The notes: a model not told the origin generated them from the letters alone. A DNA stretch of 64,000 nt from Promethearchaeota archaeon (GCA_048938005.1 JBHLMQ010000004.1:2447-66446), one strand, 5' to 3'; numbered from the stretch's first letter, positions 9,657 to 19,800 are shown. Made by a program: numbers and translations.

Positions 9657-10817
9657 TTAACTTTCAGTTTGCTCAATAAATTTTTTAAAAATTAAATATA
9701 ATATTAAACCGATTAGAAATCCAATTGCAATATTAAGAAAGAAGCAAATTATTGAAGAGATTAATATTATGGGAAATACCTTAAGATTAAAGTCTTTAAA
9801 AGAAATTTTTCCTAATAAAAAAGCAGTATAAATAAGCATAGCGCCTAATATAGCCATTGGGAACTCTGAAAAAATTACAAATAATGTTTCAGAAAAAAAT
9901 AATCCAAGAATTAGCTCCATTATTCCCTCTAATATCATGGAACCACCTGTTCTTGCGCCAAAAGCATATTGTGCCATTAATCCCCCAGACCCATGACATA
10001 AAGGCATTCCTACAAAAAAAGGATTAATTAAATTCATTGCACCCATATTAAAAGCTAAAGCATTCGCATCAATCCCTTCTTTCTCTGGAAATAGCTCTTT
10101 AATTAACACAATAGTAGCAACCATAACATTTGTTAATGTTAAGAATAATTGAGCAATTCCTGCGTATAACATTCCAAGTAGAAAATTATTCCATGTAGGC
10201 ACTTGAAAAGCTAAAATTGGAATTCCAATTTTAAGTTCAGAAATACTAATTGCGCCAGTAAAAAACAAAATTAAAATTCCAGCAATAGTAAGAATAATAG
10301 CTGAAGGAATTGGTTTATTTTTTATTAGGATCAAAATTATTGATATTGATATTAATCCAAGATATAAGTTTTCACTAAATAATAATATTCCCGTCCAACC
10401 CAATATGAGCGCTAAACCAAGTTGGATTCCTCTTACTGCAATAATAGGAACTTTGCTTACGATTTTATTAAGTTTTTTTGAAAATCCAAGGAGAAACCAT
10501 ACCATTCCCGTCCCAAATCCTGTAGAGATAACCATATTAGGATCCCATCCTTTTGATATTGCCACAGTACCGATCGTTTTCTGTGGTTGTACAGGAAGCG
10601 GAAGGTTAAATTTTATTCCTAATATAATGTTTGTTATTCCTAACGTAAGAAAAATTCCCGCAGGATTCAAACCTACTATTGAGATGTATCCAATTATAAA
10701 TGGAATTAATGTACCCCAATCTCCAAATGCTCCTCCAAATTCCCTTAAAGTAAATTTTTTGTGTTTCTTTTCAGCTTCTTTTTCAAAAGCAATTTTATTA
10801 GATTCCAAATCAATCAA
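9657..10817 (-). CDS. MOT1-type molybdate/sulfate transporter
   Basis: EFGGAFGDWGTLIP, PLPVQPQK, MPLCHGSGGL.AQY.FGARTG. Confidence 0.85.
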   Translation of the reverse strand: MIDLESNKIAFEKEAEKKHKKFTLREFGGAFGDWGTLIPFIIGYISIVGLNPAGIFLTLGITNIILGIKFNLPLPVQPQKTIGTVAISKGWDPNMVISTGFGTGMVWFLLGFSKKLNKIVSKVPIIAVRGIQLGLALILGWTGILLFSENLYLGLISISIILILIKNKPIPSAIILTIAGILILFFTGAISISELKIGIPILAFQVPTWNNFLLGMLYAGIAQLFLTLTNVMVATIVLIKELFPEKEGIDANALAFNMGAMNLINPFFVGMPLCHGSGGLMAQYAFGARTGGSMILEGIMELILGLFFSETLFVIFSEFPMAILGAMLIYTAFLLGKISFKDFNLKVFPIILISSIICFFLNIAIGFLIGLILYLIFKKFIEQTES

Positions 10818-10949
10818 ATATATTAAAAATACTAAAGTTATTAAATTTCTTAAATTAAATTATACGCAAGAGAGCAGTTTTATAGTGAAAATCCCAGAAT
10901 TATTCTAAATAATAATTCTTGAACATAATACTCCTTTTTTAGATCTATT

Positions 10950-11930
10950 TTATAATAATAATTTGAATAAATCTATAGCTTTTGGATGAATTTTACATTG
11001 TTTGCTAAATCGGCGAAGAATCCACCAACAGGAAGGGCAGTAGGTTGTAACATAGTCTAGCTCTTCTTGGTCAAAATCAGACATTCTTTTATGTGCAATT
11101 TGTTCTATTACGTCAGTTCTTCCCATCCAACCAGATCCACCACCACAACACCAATGAGGAACATCTACAACTTCATACCCACTTTTTTTGAGAATATGAA
11201 CAATAATGTCATCTACTCCTTCTTTACCTCTGTTCATTAATTGACAGAGATGTTGCACTCCTACTCTACCTGTTTTACGCACATTGGAAGGTTTTAAGTA
11301 ATCAGAAATATATCTCACTTCAGCATTTAAACCTTCCATTTCATTTTTGAAAAGATAATAACAAGCAGGACATAAACAAATTATCTCTTTAAATTTTTTT
11401 GAATTAAAAATTTCTCTATTCTCCTTTACACATGTTTCATAATCATCTTTTAACCCACTAATTTTTAAATGCCATCCACAGCAAATTTCAGTATCTAAAA
11501 TAGTGAAATCAATCTCTTGTTGTAGCAAATATTGAAGAGCATGTTGAGTATACTCAGGAATTCTTATCGTAGAAAGACACCCCATAAAAAAAAGAGTATC
11601 TGATTCTTTTGGAATTTCTTTTAGTCTTTTTATTCGCATTTTATTTGTAGGATAAGGTGATCTATATTTCTCAAAATATTCACGCATTTCATTAATACCT
11701 TCAAATGTGTTACCATCTTCAATATATTTTTCCTTTAATGAAATACGTTCATGTTCAGTTTTACATTCTCCACAGTGTACACAATTGTAGAGTTTATCAA
11801 AATTATCTGGGGTAAATTTGATTTTATCTTTTTTATCGATAAGTTCTTTTACTGTTTCATCGCTTAGAAAGTTATATGGATCAACCTCGTCAGTAGGATA
11901 ATTTTTTCTTCCCTTTATTCTTTCTTTCAT
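10950..11930 (-). CDS. HdrD/GlpC-like Fe-S oxidoreductase (two CCG domains)
   Basis: CVHCGEC, FFMGC, EICCG, CPAC, WCCGGG, CPSC. Confidence 0.8.
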   Translation of the reverse strand: MKERIKGRKNYPTDEVDPYNFLSDETVKELIDKKDKIKFTPDNFDKLYNCVHCGECKTEHERISLKEKYIEDGNTFEGINEMREYFEKYRSPYPTNKMRIKRLKEIPKESDTLFFMGCLSTIRIPEYTQHALQYLLQQEIDFTILDTEICCGWHLKISGLKDDYETCVKENREIFNSKKFKEIICLCPACYYLFKNEMEGLNAEVRYISDYLKPSNVRKTGRVGVQHLCQLMNRGKEGVDDIIVHILKKSGYEVVDVPHWCCGGGSGWMGRTDVIEQIAHKRMSDFDQEELDYVTTYCPSCWWILRRFSKQCKIHPKAIDLFKLLL

Positions 11931-12108
11931 TGTAATCACCTAAGAACATCAAATTTAAGTTTTTAATTAAAGATTTTCTTTAGAATTTATAAGATTTATA
12001 AAGAAATTTGAATTCTAAATGGATAATTCATATTAGTGTGAAGGATAACAATTTAATTAAAAATTATTATCAAACTTATATTTGAAACAAAATTTAGTTT
12101 AACTAGAG

Positions 12109-13215
12109 ATGATTGATGATCTATTAATATTTAATGAATCTGGAGCTCTTTTATATAATTGGCACTCAGAAAGTGACAAGTACAATGGTCAAGATGATTT
12201 ACTTAGTGGATTTTTGACTGCAATGAATAGTTTTGCTTCAGTAGAAAGGGGTGAAGATATAAAATCCCTAAAAATGAAAGAAACTCAAATAATTTTTGAG
12301 AAATATGAAGAATTGCATCAAAAATTAACTTTTGTGGTAACAACAAAAAATGATGAATTGATTGAATTACTACATGCAGTAATACATCATATCATGGAAA
12401 AGTTTACAAAACTTTTTGTCGATAGCCTTGATAAAGAATTTAATGGTTTAATATCACAATTCCAAATATTTGATAATAATGTGAACCAAATAATCAAAGC
12501 ACATGGCTTGGATATTTTAAATGAAGCTGTAAGGGATATTGACAATGAAACAACGTTAAAGGCTATAATGTTTCTCGAACCGAAAGGAGGTAATGTCTAC
12601 TATATTCATGCTAAACAATATGTAAACAAAGATAAAATTAGTTTCCTCATTCCTTTGATCATGAATTCTGCGAGATTATTATACCAAAATAATTTGAATG
12701 AAAAATTATATTGGATTCTTCTTAATACAGTTCGTAATGAAAATCTAATAGTTGAACCTCGGAGTAATATTCTAATAGTAAAGCAATATCAATTATCAGA
12801 AAACTTTGAAGACGATTATTTAAACCTGGAGTTTTTCAAGGTAAAAGATAAGTATATCAAAAAACCGAAAAAATTAATTGAAAAATTTGAGAGTCTAGAT
12901 TGGAATCCTAAAATCAAACAAATTTATTTAGTAGATATGGTAGGTAAAATTTTTTATTCAAAAATCTATGATAAGACTTATGATTGTTCCGACTATATTC
13001 CAGAAACTATAAGCTTTTTGACATCCTCAAAGAAAGCGAGTGAAGAAATATATAATAGAACATTGTTTAATGCAAGTATTGGGGGAGAAAAATTAATTAC
13101 GATTTGTATGAATTTTAATAATTTTGCTTTAACTTTAATAGGGAAAATTCAAGATTTTTCTGATTATACTTTTATTCAAACTACTTGTTCGGATATTTAT
13201 AAAAAACTGAAATAA
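12109..13215 (+). CDS. Longin-like domain followed by two roadblock-like domains
   Basis: N-terminal LLIFNESGALLY...LLSGFLTAMNSFA is the Asgard longin pattern; two later segments with helix-IxxIxLVD..G..YS pattern. Confidence 0.6.
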   Translation: MIDDLLIFNESGALLYNWHSESDKYNGQDDLLSGFLTAMNSFASVERGEDIKSLKMKETQIIFEKYEELHQKLTFVVTTKNDELIELLHAVIHHIMEKFTKLFVDSLDKEFNGLISQFQIFDNNVNQIIKAHGLDILNEAVRDIDNETTLKAIMFLEPKGGNVYYIHAKQYVNKDKISFLIPLIMNSARLLYQNNLNEKLYWILLNTVRNENLIVEPRSNILIVKQYQLSENFEDDYLNLEFFKVKDKYIKKPKKLIEKFESLDWNPKIKQIYLVDMVGKIFYSKIYDKTYDCSDYIPETISFLTSSKKASEEIYNRTLFNASIGGEKLITICMNFNNFALTLIGKIQDFSDYTFIQTTCSDIYKKLK

Positions 13216-13346
13216 ATTTGATTGTATATAACTGCATTTAATTTAAATTATAAATGAAAGATTCATATTTGGTATTATAATTATTAAAACTTATATAATC
13301 TCAAATTCCAATTTTGAAAAAGATTCAGAATTAGGAGTGGACTTAA

Positions 13347-14399
13347 ATGGCTCTTGAATTATGGTTTGAATTAATGATATTACAGACTATTATTGGATAC
13401 TGCTTTGTATTAGCGAATGTCTTTATTGGTTTATATAATATAAAAGATTTAAACCTCATGAAGGGAGATTTCACAATTGTAAAATTCCATAAAAGATTTG
13501 GATGGATTGAAATTTCAATTTTCTATGCTTTATTTACTCAATGTATGTACATGCTTTATGCACATATAGCTGCATCAGATCCACTACTATTAATCCCCTC
13601 TGGTGTTTGGTCTCATACTTGGATTGGCGGGCTTATAGCAACTATATTAGTTAGTTTTAAATTCTTCATCGCACGATTCAAAAAAGATAGTATTTACTTA
13701 TATGGGAAATTTCTTGGTCCTATTGGGTTTTTAGGGTGGAGTTTATCTCATTGGACAAGTCTTTATAACTTTTATTATGTTGTATTGCCATATTGGAATT
13801 CATTAGGCTTTTCAACCATAGTTGCACCTAGTTCCTTTATCTGGGCAGCCATTATTCCATTTATTGGGGGGATTGGACTATTCATATTTGTTCTTTATAA
13901 AAGAGGATCAGCTATAAAAGAGAAAACAAGGTTTGCATTTAACCAAATCGCATTTCTACTTCATGGAATAACCTTCGGCTATGAAAAATCAGCTAAAGAA
14001 TTACTTGGCACCCCAACACTCTTTAAATATGTTGTGCCAAGAACATATGAATTCATTGAGAAAATGATGACAATGTCAGGATTAAATATGAAAAAACTTG
14101 AAAAAATGAGTTTATCTGACGCTTTAAAAGAATTTATGAGAATGTCAGAAAAGATTGGTATGGCAGAGAAGGTAAAAATTAAGTGGGAATCAGAAAAGAC
14201 CTTTACTATTGAATCTGTAAATTGTTCCACAGCTCAAGTTAGGAGTGTCATGACTAAAGAAGAGTTAACGAATGCTATTTGCCCTTGGGCAATTTTTGCG
14301 GCCTCAATAGTAAATAAAATAACAGGAAAAGAATTAAGAATGGAACCATCAGAATTTAATGAAATTGGCGCTCTTACTAAACTTACATTATTGGATTAA
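13347..14399 (+). CDS. Membrane protein (about 5 TM, His-containing) with C-terminal V4R-like domain
   Basis: TM helices with His (FHKRFG, YAH, SHTW, SHWT); C-terminal FTIESVNC...ICPWAIFAASIVNKITGKEL. Confidence 0.6.
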   Translation: MALELWFELMILQTIIGYCFVLANVFIGLYNIKDLNLMKGDFTIVKFHKRFGWIEISIFYALFTQCMYMLYAHIAASDPLLLIPSGVWSHTWIGGLIATILVSFKFFIARFKKDSIYLYGKFLGPIGFLGWSLSHWTSLYNFYYVVLPYWNSLGFSTIVAPSSFIWAAIIPFIGGIGLFIFVLYKRGSAIKEKTRFAFNQIAFLLHGITFGYEKSAKELLGTPTLFKYVVPRTYEFIEKMMTMSGLNMKKLEKMSLSDALKEFMRMSEKIGMAEKVKIKWESEKTFTIESVNCSTAQVRSVMTKEELTNAICPWAIFAASIVNKITGKELRMEPSEFNEIGALTKLTLLD

Positions 14400-14453
14400 T
14401 CCTTGTTATTTCTTTAGAATAAGAAAAGAAAATTAAAAAAAGGTCTTTATATT

Positions 14454-14609
14454 TTATTTCTTTTTTAGTTTAACATCAGTTCGTTGAATTCCAACTTCTT
14501 TATTAGTAGGCAAAGGTGTTCCACAGTGATCTCTTAACCTTTCGCTTTCTTTAAATGCTTTATCAAGTTCTTCTTCTAATTCTTCATCAGATATTTCTTC
14601 ATCTGTCAT
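14454..14609 (-). CDS. Small 51-aa hypothetical protein (not in ORF track)
   Basis: ATG...TAA: MTDEEISDEELEEELDKAFKESERLRDHCGTPLPTNKEVGIQRTDVKLKKK; coding-like composition. Confidence 0.65.
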   Translation of the reverse strand: MTDEEISDEELEEELDKAFKESERLRDHCGTPLPTNKEVGIQRTDVKLKKK

Positions 14610-14718
14610 AATTAACTAAGAGTAACTGTATTATTTAAGGATTTTATTTATAAATAAAAAATAGACTAAGACTCTCCTAAAACAAATAAGCAGAAAAAAA
14701 GAGAATTTAAAATCATAT

Positions 14719-15084
14719 TTATTTCTTAAAATATTCTAAAACTGCTTTTTCCTTCTCTATAGGTCTTCTTTCAGGAACAAGAATAAAACTTTTTCCAACT
14801 GTTTCATAGAAATCTGGACGTAAATACAAATTGCAGTAGCATGCTCCATACTCTTTTATATCTAATGGAGCATAATCGCATGGACAAATTAAATCTCTGT
14901 CCAAATCTCGATTACCTGAAGCAAGACGACAAGGACATGATTGATATCCATGACTTTTCTTGTTTTCAACTAATCCTTCAATTAAATTATCTAAAGTTTC
15001 TTGATCTTTATTTAATATCCAATTATTAGTCTCACACACTTTATTACAATATTCCATCATTCCATCCTTAGTTTCCATATCCAT
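14719..15084 (-). CDS. Ferredoxin:thioredoxin reductase catalytic subunit-like protein
   Basis: Diagnostic CPC, CPC, CYC triad. Confidence 0.92.
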   Translation of the reverse strand: MDMETKDGMMEYCNKVCETNNWILNKDQETLDNLIEGLVENKKSHGYQSCPCRLASGNRDLDRDLICPCDYAPLDIKEYGACYCNLYLRPDFYETVGKSFILVPERRPIEKEKAVLEYFKK

Positions 15085-15085
15085 T

Positions 15086-15397
15086 TTATTCCCCTCCAGA
15101 TTTCATTAATTCTTCATATCTATTTGGATTATAACCTATTACAAAATCATCGTCGCAGATCATAAATGGATATGAGATTCTAGACTGATACTTGTCTCTT
15201 AAATAATCCAATATTTTTGATTTGTCTTTAAAGTCAATTTTGTCAACATCTACATATCTATATTGTACATCGCGGTCTTTAAGCCAAGATTTACACTTTT
15301 TACACCACATACAAGTGGATAATGTTAGTATTGTAACATCTCTGTTTTTTTTTGAACCCTCAACGGTTTCTGCTAGTTTTTCTATAATTTCTGACAT
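15086..15397 (-). CDS. Glutaredoxin/NrdH-like protein
   Basis: LSTCMWCKK, YRYVDVD, ISYP, VIGY; abuts the FTR gene. Confidence 0.88.
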   Translation of the reverse strand: MSEIIEKLAETVEGSKKNRDVTILTLSTCMWCKKCKSWLKDRDVQYRYVDVDKIDFKDKSKILDYLRDKYQSRISYPFMICDDDFVIGYNPNRYEELMKSGGE

Positions 15398-15435
15398 AGT
15401 TTTATTTTTTCCTCATTTTTATTAAAATTTTTGAT

Positions 15436-15885
15436 TCAAATAGATTTAATATTAAGTTTCCAATTTGGATCGATACACTCAAAAGCTTCTTCAGTTAGTT
15501 TTCTAATATCACTGTGGCATGAATCTAATAATATCCCTAAATATTCAAGTGCTCTTTTATCTCCAATTTTCATAAGGCTCTCTATAATCACAAATAATCG
15601 GGTTTTATCTTGATCTTCTTCAGATTTTTCTAACTCTGATTTTAAAAAATCTATGATTAACATTGTAGCTTTTGGGTCTCTAATTTCACCCATAGCTTCA
15701 ATAATTCGATTTATGACAACAGTATCTTTTTCGGATTTTAAAGCTCTAGCTAACATATTAGTAGCTCTGCCTTCTTTTGATTTTCCAAGATTTTGCGCAG
15801 CGATCGCCCTATCTTTCCAATTAGAACTATTAAATAGTTTTTTTACATAGCTATTAAAGGCTTCATTTTGAATTTTTTGATCCAT
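15436..15885 (-). CDS. HEAT/PBS-lyase repeat protein
   Basis: Repeats DRAIAAQNLGK, IIEAMGEIRDPKA, IIESLMKIGDKRA, IRKLTEEAF. Confidence 0.8.
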   Translation of the reverse strand: MDQKIQNEAFNSYVKKLFNSSNWKDRAIAAQNLGKSKEGRATNMLARALKSEKDTVVINRIIEAMGEIRDPKATMLIIDFLKSELEKSEEDQDKTRLFVIIESLMKIGDKRALEYLGILLDSCHSDIRKLTEEAFECIDPNWKLNIKSI

Positions 15886-16177
15886 CTTAAGATATGAATA
15901 AGAATAAAAAATAAGAATCTGATCATAATAATTTATTAAATATTACTGAAAATAAAGTAAAAAGTAAAGTAAAAATATGTATTTTATTTTTATTTCTAAT
16001 ACGATTAGACGCTAATTTTGATAAACATATTATAAGAATTTCTCTGAAAAATAAGTTTAAGAATAACAGTTGGAATAACTGTTTGATGTATGATACGCAA
16101 TTTTAATGATTATTAATTTTATAATTTTATAATTCAAAAGATAAAGTTTTTTTAGACCTAGTGTTTAACTTTTTAAT

Positions 16178-16471
16178 ATGGAAGCAAAAACACCTATAAT
16201 TATAACTAAAGAAGACTGTCATCGTTGTCATGAATTAAAGAAATGGCTAAATGAACATGAAGTTAGATATATTGAGCGAGATATAAATGACGAGGAATTT
16301 GTACACGAGCTATTACATGATGACAATTTTTTAACAACGTTTTGTGATGCTGATGGATGTATAGTGAATACCCCAGTAGTTATTCATAAAGGAAAATACT
16401 GGTTTAAAGAGCTCTGGGGTACTTCTGGACTTAGAGATAAAGAAGCAAAAAAATTATTTGAAGTTAAATAG
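16178..16471 (+). CDS. Glutaredoxin-like protein with extra Cys pair
   Basis: CHRC, YIERDI, TPVVI; additional FCDADGC. Confidence 0.75.
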   Translation: MEAKTPIIITKEDCHRCHELKKWLNEHEVRYIERDINDEEFVHELLHDDNFLTTFCDADGCIVNTPVVIHKGKYWFKELWGTSGLRDKEAKKLFEVK

Positions 16472-16499
16472 TTTTTTTTAAAATTTTTTAATTTATTAT

Positions 16500-17099
16500 T
16501 TATTTTTTAAATTCTACTAACCTTTTTATTACTTTTCGGATTGTTCTCAAACCTTCTTCATCCCCTTCGACACCTGGTTTTCCCTTGTCTCTACTCCATA
16601 AACTAGCACCTAAATTGGCTCCAAACGCGCCACCAGATACAGCTATTATATGATTTTGTTGATAGAAATCTAGTATACTTCTTATCGCAATCTCTTGTCC
16701 TCCGCTTCGATCTCCACCAACAGCCAATGCAGCACCAATTTTATTCTTAAATACATAGGGATTTTTCGCGACTAAAGCCCGACAGCGATCCATTACTGTT
16801 TTTAGTTGCCCTGATAAATTACCTTGAAATACTGGGGTGCCAAAGAGAATAAATTTAGCTTCTTCTAATTTACTATAAAGATCTACTATATCATCCTTAT
16901 TAATACATCCCTTTTTCTCTCGAATACAATAATCGCAATGAAGGCAGAAATTAATTTCTTTATTTCTGACCGTCCAAAACTCTGTATCAAATCCGTACTT
17001 CTCAGTAGCATAATTTAAAGCATATTGAACGGCATATTCTGTTCCTTGTTTTCTAGGACTTCCACATATCCCAAGTAATAGATTCTTCTTTTCGACCAT
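16500..17099 (-). CDS. Iron-sulfur flavoprotein (Isf)/flavodoxin family
   Basis: GSPRKQGT, CLHCDYC.....C, GTPVFQG, MDR, GGQE. Confidence 0.9.
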   Translation of the reverse strand: MVEKKNLLLGICGSPRKQGTEYAVQYALNYATEKYGFDTEFWTVRNKEINFCLHCDYCIREKKGCINKDDIVDLYSKLEEAKFILFGTPVFQGNLSGQLKTVMDRCRALVAKNPYVFKNKIGAALAVGGDRSGGQEIAIRSILDFYQQNHIIAVSGGAFGANLGASLWSRDKGKPGVEGDEEGLRTIRKVIKRLVEFKK

Positions 17100-17186
17100 A
17101 ATAATACATTTAACTTGCTTTTATTAATAATTAATCATTATTGTATAAAACAAAAGTATTAAAATCTAAAAGACTAATATTTAAAG

Positions 17187-17840
17187 ATGGATTCAAGTAA
17201 ACCGAGTTTAGCAAGAATCAAGATTAAGTTTCCAGAACAAATATGGATCTCTGAAATTTTTAAAAACTATCCTGATATAAAAATGGAAATTTCACATTTT
17301 CTTCCTTATGATCTCGAGAAGTCCATCGGAAATAGTTTAATTGAGATTATGCATTACAATATAGATTCTATTATAGAAGAAATTAGTAACCATCCTTCTG
17401 TTTTTGAGCTGAGTGTTTTAGAGAAAGAAGAAACCAAAGTTAAATTTAATGTAAAAACAAAAGATCCTTATTTATTATATGCGATAATAAAATGTGGAGT
17501 TCTTGTGAACTTTCCAGTAAGAGTAGAAGAAGGATTTGCTTATTGGAGGTTGATATCAAGTAGAGAGCGCATAGATCAATTATTAACACTTTTTGAACAG
17601 AAAAATATTAAATTTGATTTGTTAAGAATTGGATTATCTCCATATACTCTTGAAGATGAAAAAAGTAAATTAACATTTGATGAAGAGAATATACTTGATA
17701 TGGCCATCTCTTTGGGTTTTTTTGAAATTCCACGAAAAATTTCATTAGAAGAATTAGCTAATAAAATAGGAAAATCTAAATCAGCATTATCCGTAATGCT
17801 TAGAAAAATCATTAAAAAGAAAGTTTTATTCGAAAAATAA
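17187..17840 (+). CDS. Bacterio-opsin-activator-type (HTH_10) transcription regulator
   Basis: C-terminal LT..E..IL..A...GFFEIPRKISLEELA..IGKSKSALS..LRK. Confidence 0.85.
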   Translation: MDSSKPSLARIKIKFPEQIWISEIFKNYPDIKMEISHFLPYDLEKSIGNSLIEIMHYNIDSIIEEISNHPSVFELSVLEKEETKVKFNVKTKDPYLLYAIIKCGVLVNFPVRVEEGFAYWRLISSRERIDQLLTLFEQKNIKFDLLRIGLSPYTLEDEKSKLTFDEENILDMAISLGFFEIPRKISLEELANKIGKSKSALSVMLRKIIKKKVLFEK

Positions 17841-17864
17841 TTAAATAAAAATAAAAAAAATATC

Positions 17865-18650
17865 CTATATCCATTCTTCTTTTAAGATATTTCCTTGTAT
17901 GCCCACAACAACATATTTTATAGGAACTTTTCGGCTTGCTCGTTTAGCACCTTCTTGAGCTAAAGCTAATAAACCAGAACAACAAGGAACTTCCATAATA
18001 GCAACTGTAAGTGTGTTTATTTTTGCATCATCAATCAAAGATTTGATTTTTTCTATGTAAACTTCTTTACCATGATCGAGTTTTGGACAAGCAATCGCAA
18101 TCGATTTTTGTTTTAAGAAATCTCTATGAAAATCTCCATATGAAAATCCTACACAATCCGCCGAAAGAAGCACATCTGCTCTTTGGTAATAAGGTGCTCG
18201 AGGATTAATTAAATGCATTTGAACAGGCCATTGTCGTAATGCCGAAGGTACATTTCCAGATACTTCTATTTGCGTCTCTTGTTCATCAAAAACCATTGTT
18301 TGGGCTGATGGACAACCACATTGGTGAACATGCTCAGTTACAATTTCTTTTATTTGTTCTTTTTCAACTTGTTTATTATGTTTCATAGACTCTAAATGTT
18401 TCTCAACAGCCTCCTCATCGAACTCTAAAGCTTCTCTTTCGATAATTTCAAGCGCGCCCTCAGGACAACCAGAAATGCATGCACCGAGACCATCACAGAA
18501 AACTTCATTTATAACCCTAGCTTTTCCATCGATGACTTTTAAAGCTCCCTCTGCACAATCTACTACACAATTTCCGCATCCAGTACAAAGATCTTCATCG
18601 ATCTGTATGATTTTTCTTTTTACTATTTTAGGTTGTTTTGCTTCAGTCAT
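17865..18650 (-). CDS. 4Fe-4S ferredoxin-domain protein with C-terminal Cys-rich domain
   Basis: CTGCGNC...C, CDGLGAC...CP, GCP, WPVQMHL, ADC, ACPKLD, MEVPCC. Confidence 0.85.
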   Translation of the reverse strand: MTEAKQPKIVKRKIIQIDEDLCTGCGNCVVDCAEGALKVIDGKARVINEVFCDGLGACISGCPEGALEIIEREALEFDEEAVEKHLESMKHNKQVEKEQIKEIVTEHVHQCGCPSAQTMVFDEQETQIEVSGNVPSALRQWPVQMHLINPRAPYYQRADVLLSADCVGFSYGDFHRDFLKQKSIAIACPKLDHGKEVYIEKIKSLIDDAKINTLTVAIMEVPCCSGLLALAQEGAKRASRKVPIKYVVVGIQGNILKEEWI

Positions 18651-18687
18651 GATCAAATCAAATGGAAGTGATTATATATTTTTAATT

Positions 18688-18700
18688 TCGAACATGTTCA
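18688..18700. promoter_or_regulatory. Palindromic candidate operator TCGAACATGTTCA
   Basis: Core GAACATGTTC is a perfect palindrome upstream of the 18650 start; 12/13 identical copy at 21780-21792. Confidence 0.55.
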
Positions 18701-18726
18701 GATAGAAATGGAATTTAAATTAAAAA

Positions 18727-19665
18727 TTACTTGAAATTAAACAATTTTCTCGCTTTATCAACTGTATCGGAATCAAATTTCTTAAATAAGGCATAAGCAG
18801 CAATTGGCACGACACATCCACAATTGTCACATAAAAGTTGTGAATTTCCCATAACACAAAACTTTTGTTTTCCATCAGGATAGAAACTTTTTATTTGACC
18901 GGTTTTAAATATGCAATGTGGTACAAATTCTTTTGATAGGTATAATTCTAACATTTTTTTTGAATAAAAAATAAAATTTCCATATTCACGCATTACTTTT
19001 AAAATGTCTTTAATTGTCTTTTTTAATATATCTCCTTTTAATAAAAGTGGGTCGTTAGGATAACCCGTATATAATAAAAAAATAAATCCAGATGCACCAT
19101 TATCGTGAGCAATCTTAACAACATCTTCAATTTCCTTGTGATTTAATGTCATAATGGTTGATGTAACAACTGGATTGCTTTCCCGAATATTTTGCATGAC
19201 TTTATCAAAAACTTTCGCTCCTCTTATCTTATCATGAGTTTCTTTAGTACCATCTATGCTCACCCAGTATTTCGGTTGTTTAAATCCATTAAATCGAGGT
19301 AATTTTATAACTCCATTTGATACAACCTGAACTGAGGGAAAAATTTTAATCGCTTCTTTTATAACATCCATTCTTAAAGTAGGTTCTCCACCAGTTAAAA
19401 CAGCTATTTTTGTTCCTAATTTTCTATGGTATTTAAAAACTTTAATCCATTCTTTGTCTGATAATTCCATTCTTTTATTTTTTAATTCCGTTGTTGATGA
19501 GAAAAAATAACAATGCTTACATTTTAAATTACATTGCCAAGTTAAATCATAATTCACATATAACGGAACATTTCTTACTATTGACTGTAAAAAAGATGGA
19601 CCCATGGAAAGAAAACTAATTATATTTTTCACAGTAAATAGTCTCATAATCATGATAAGATTCAA
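18727..19665 (-). CDS. Radical SAM protein (start uncertain)
   Basis: CNLKCKHC, TGGEP, VSIDG...HDKIRG, C-terminal Cys residues. Confidence 0.88.
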   Translation of the reverse strand: MNLIMIMRLFTVKNIISFLSMGPSFLQSIVRNVPLYVNYDLTWQCNLKCKHCYFFSSTTELKNKRMELSDKEWIKVFKYHRKLGTKIAVLTGGEPTLRMDVIKEAIKIFPSVQVVSNGVIKLPRFNGFKQPKYWVSIDGTKETHDKIRGAKVFDKVMQNIRESNPVVTSTIMTLNHKEIEDVVKIAHDNGASGFIFLLYTGYPNDPLLLKGDILKKTIKDILKVMREYGNFIFYSKKMLELYLSKEFVPHCIFKTGQIKSFYPDGKQKFCVMGNSQLLCDNCGCVVPIAAYALFKKFDSDTVDKARKLFNFK

Positions 19666-19800
19666 AGGTTTAAAAATAAGTCTTATGTATAAATTCTATT
19701 TTTATTTACAAAAAGAAGCTGATGTCTTGAAAATAATTACTGTATATCCCAAGAATAAAAAAAAAATTAAGAAAAAAATCTAAGATTTGAGAATAAGTTC

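Noticed and set aside
10405-10908. 167-aa plus-strand ORF and the many other short antisense ORFs in the track
   Set aside because: They lie opposite well-supported genes and show no motifs; they are shadow ORFs.
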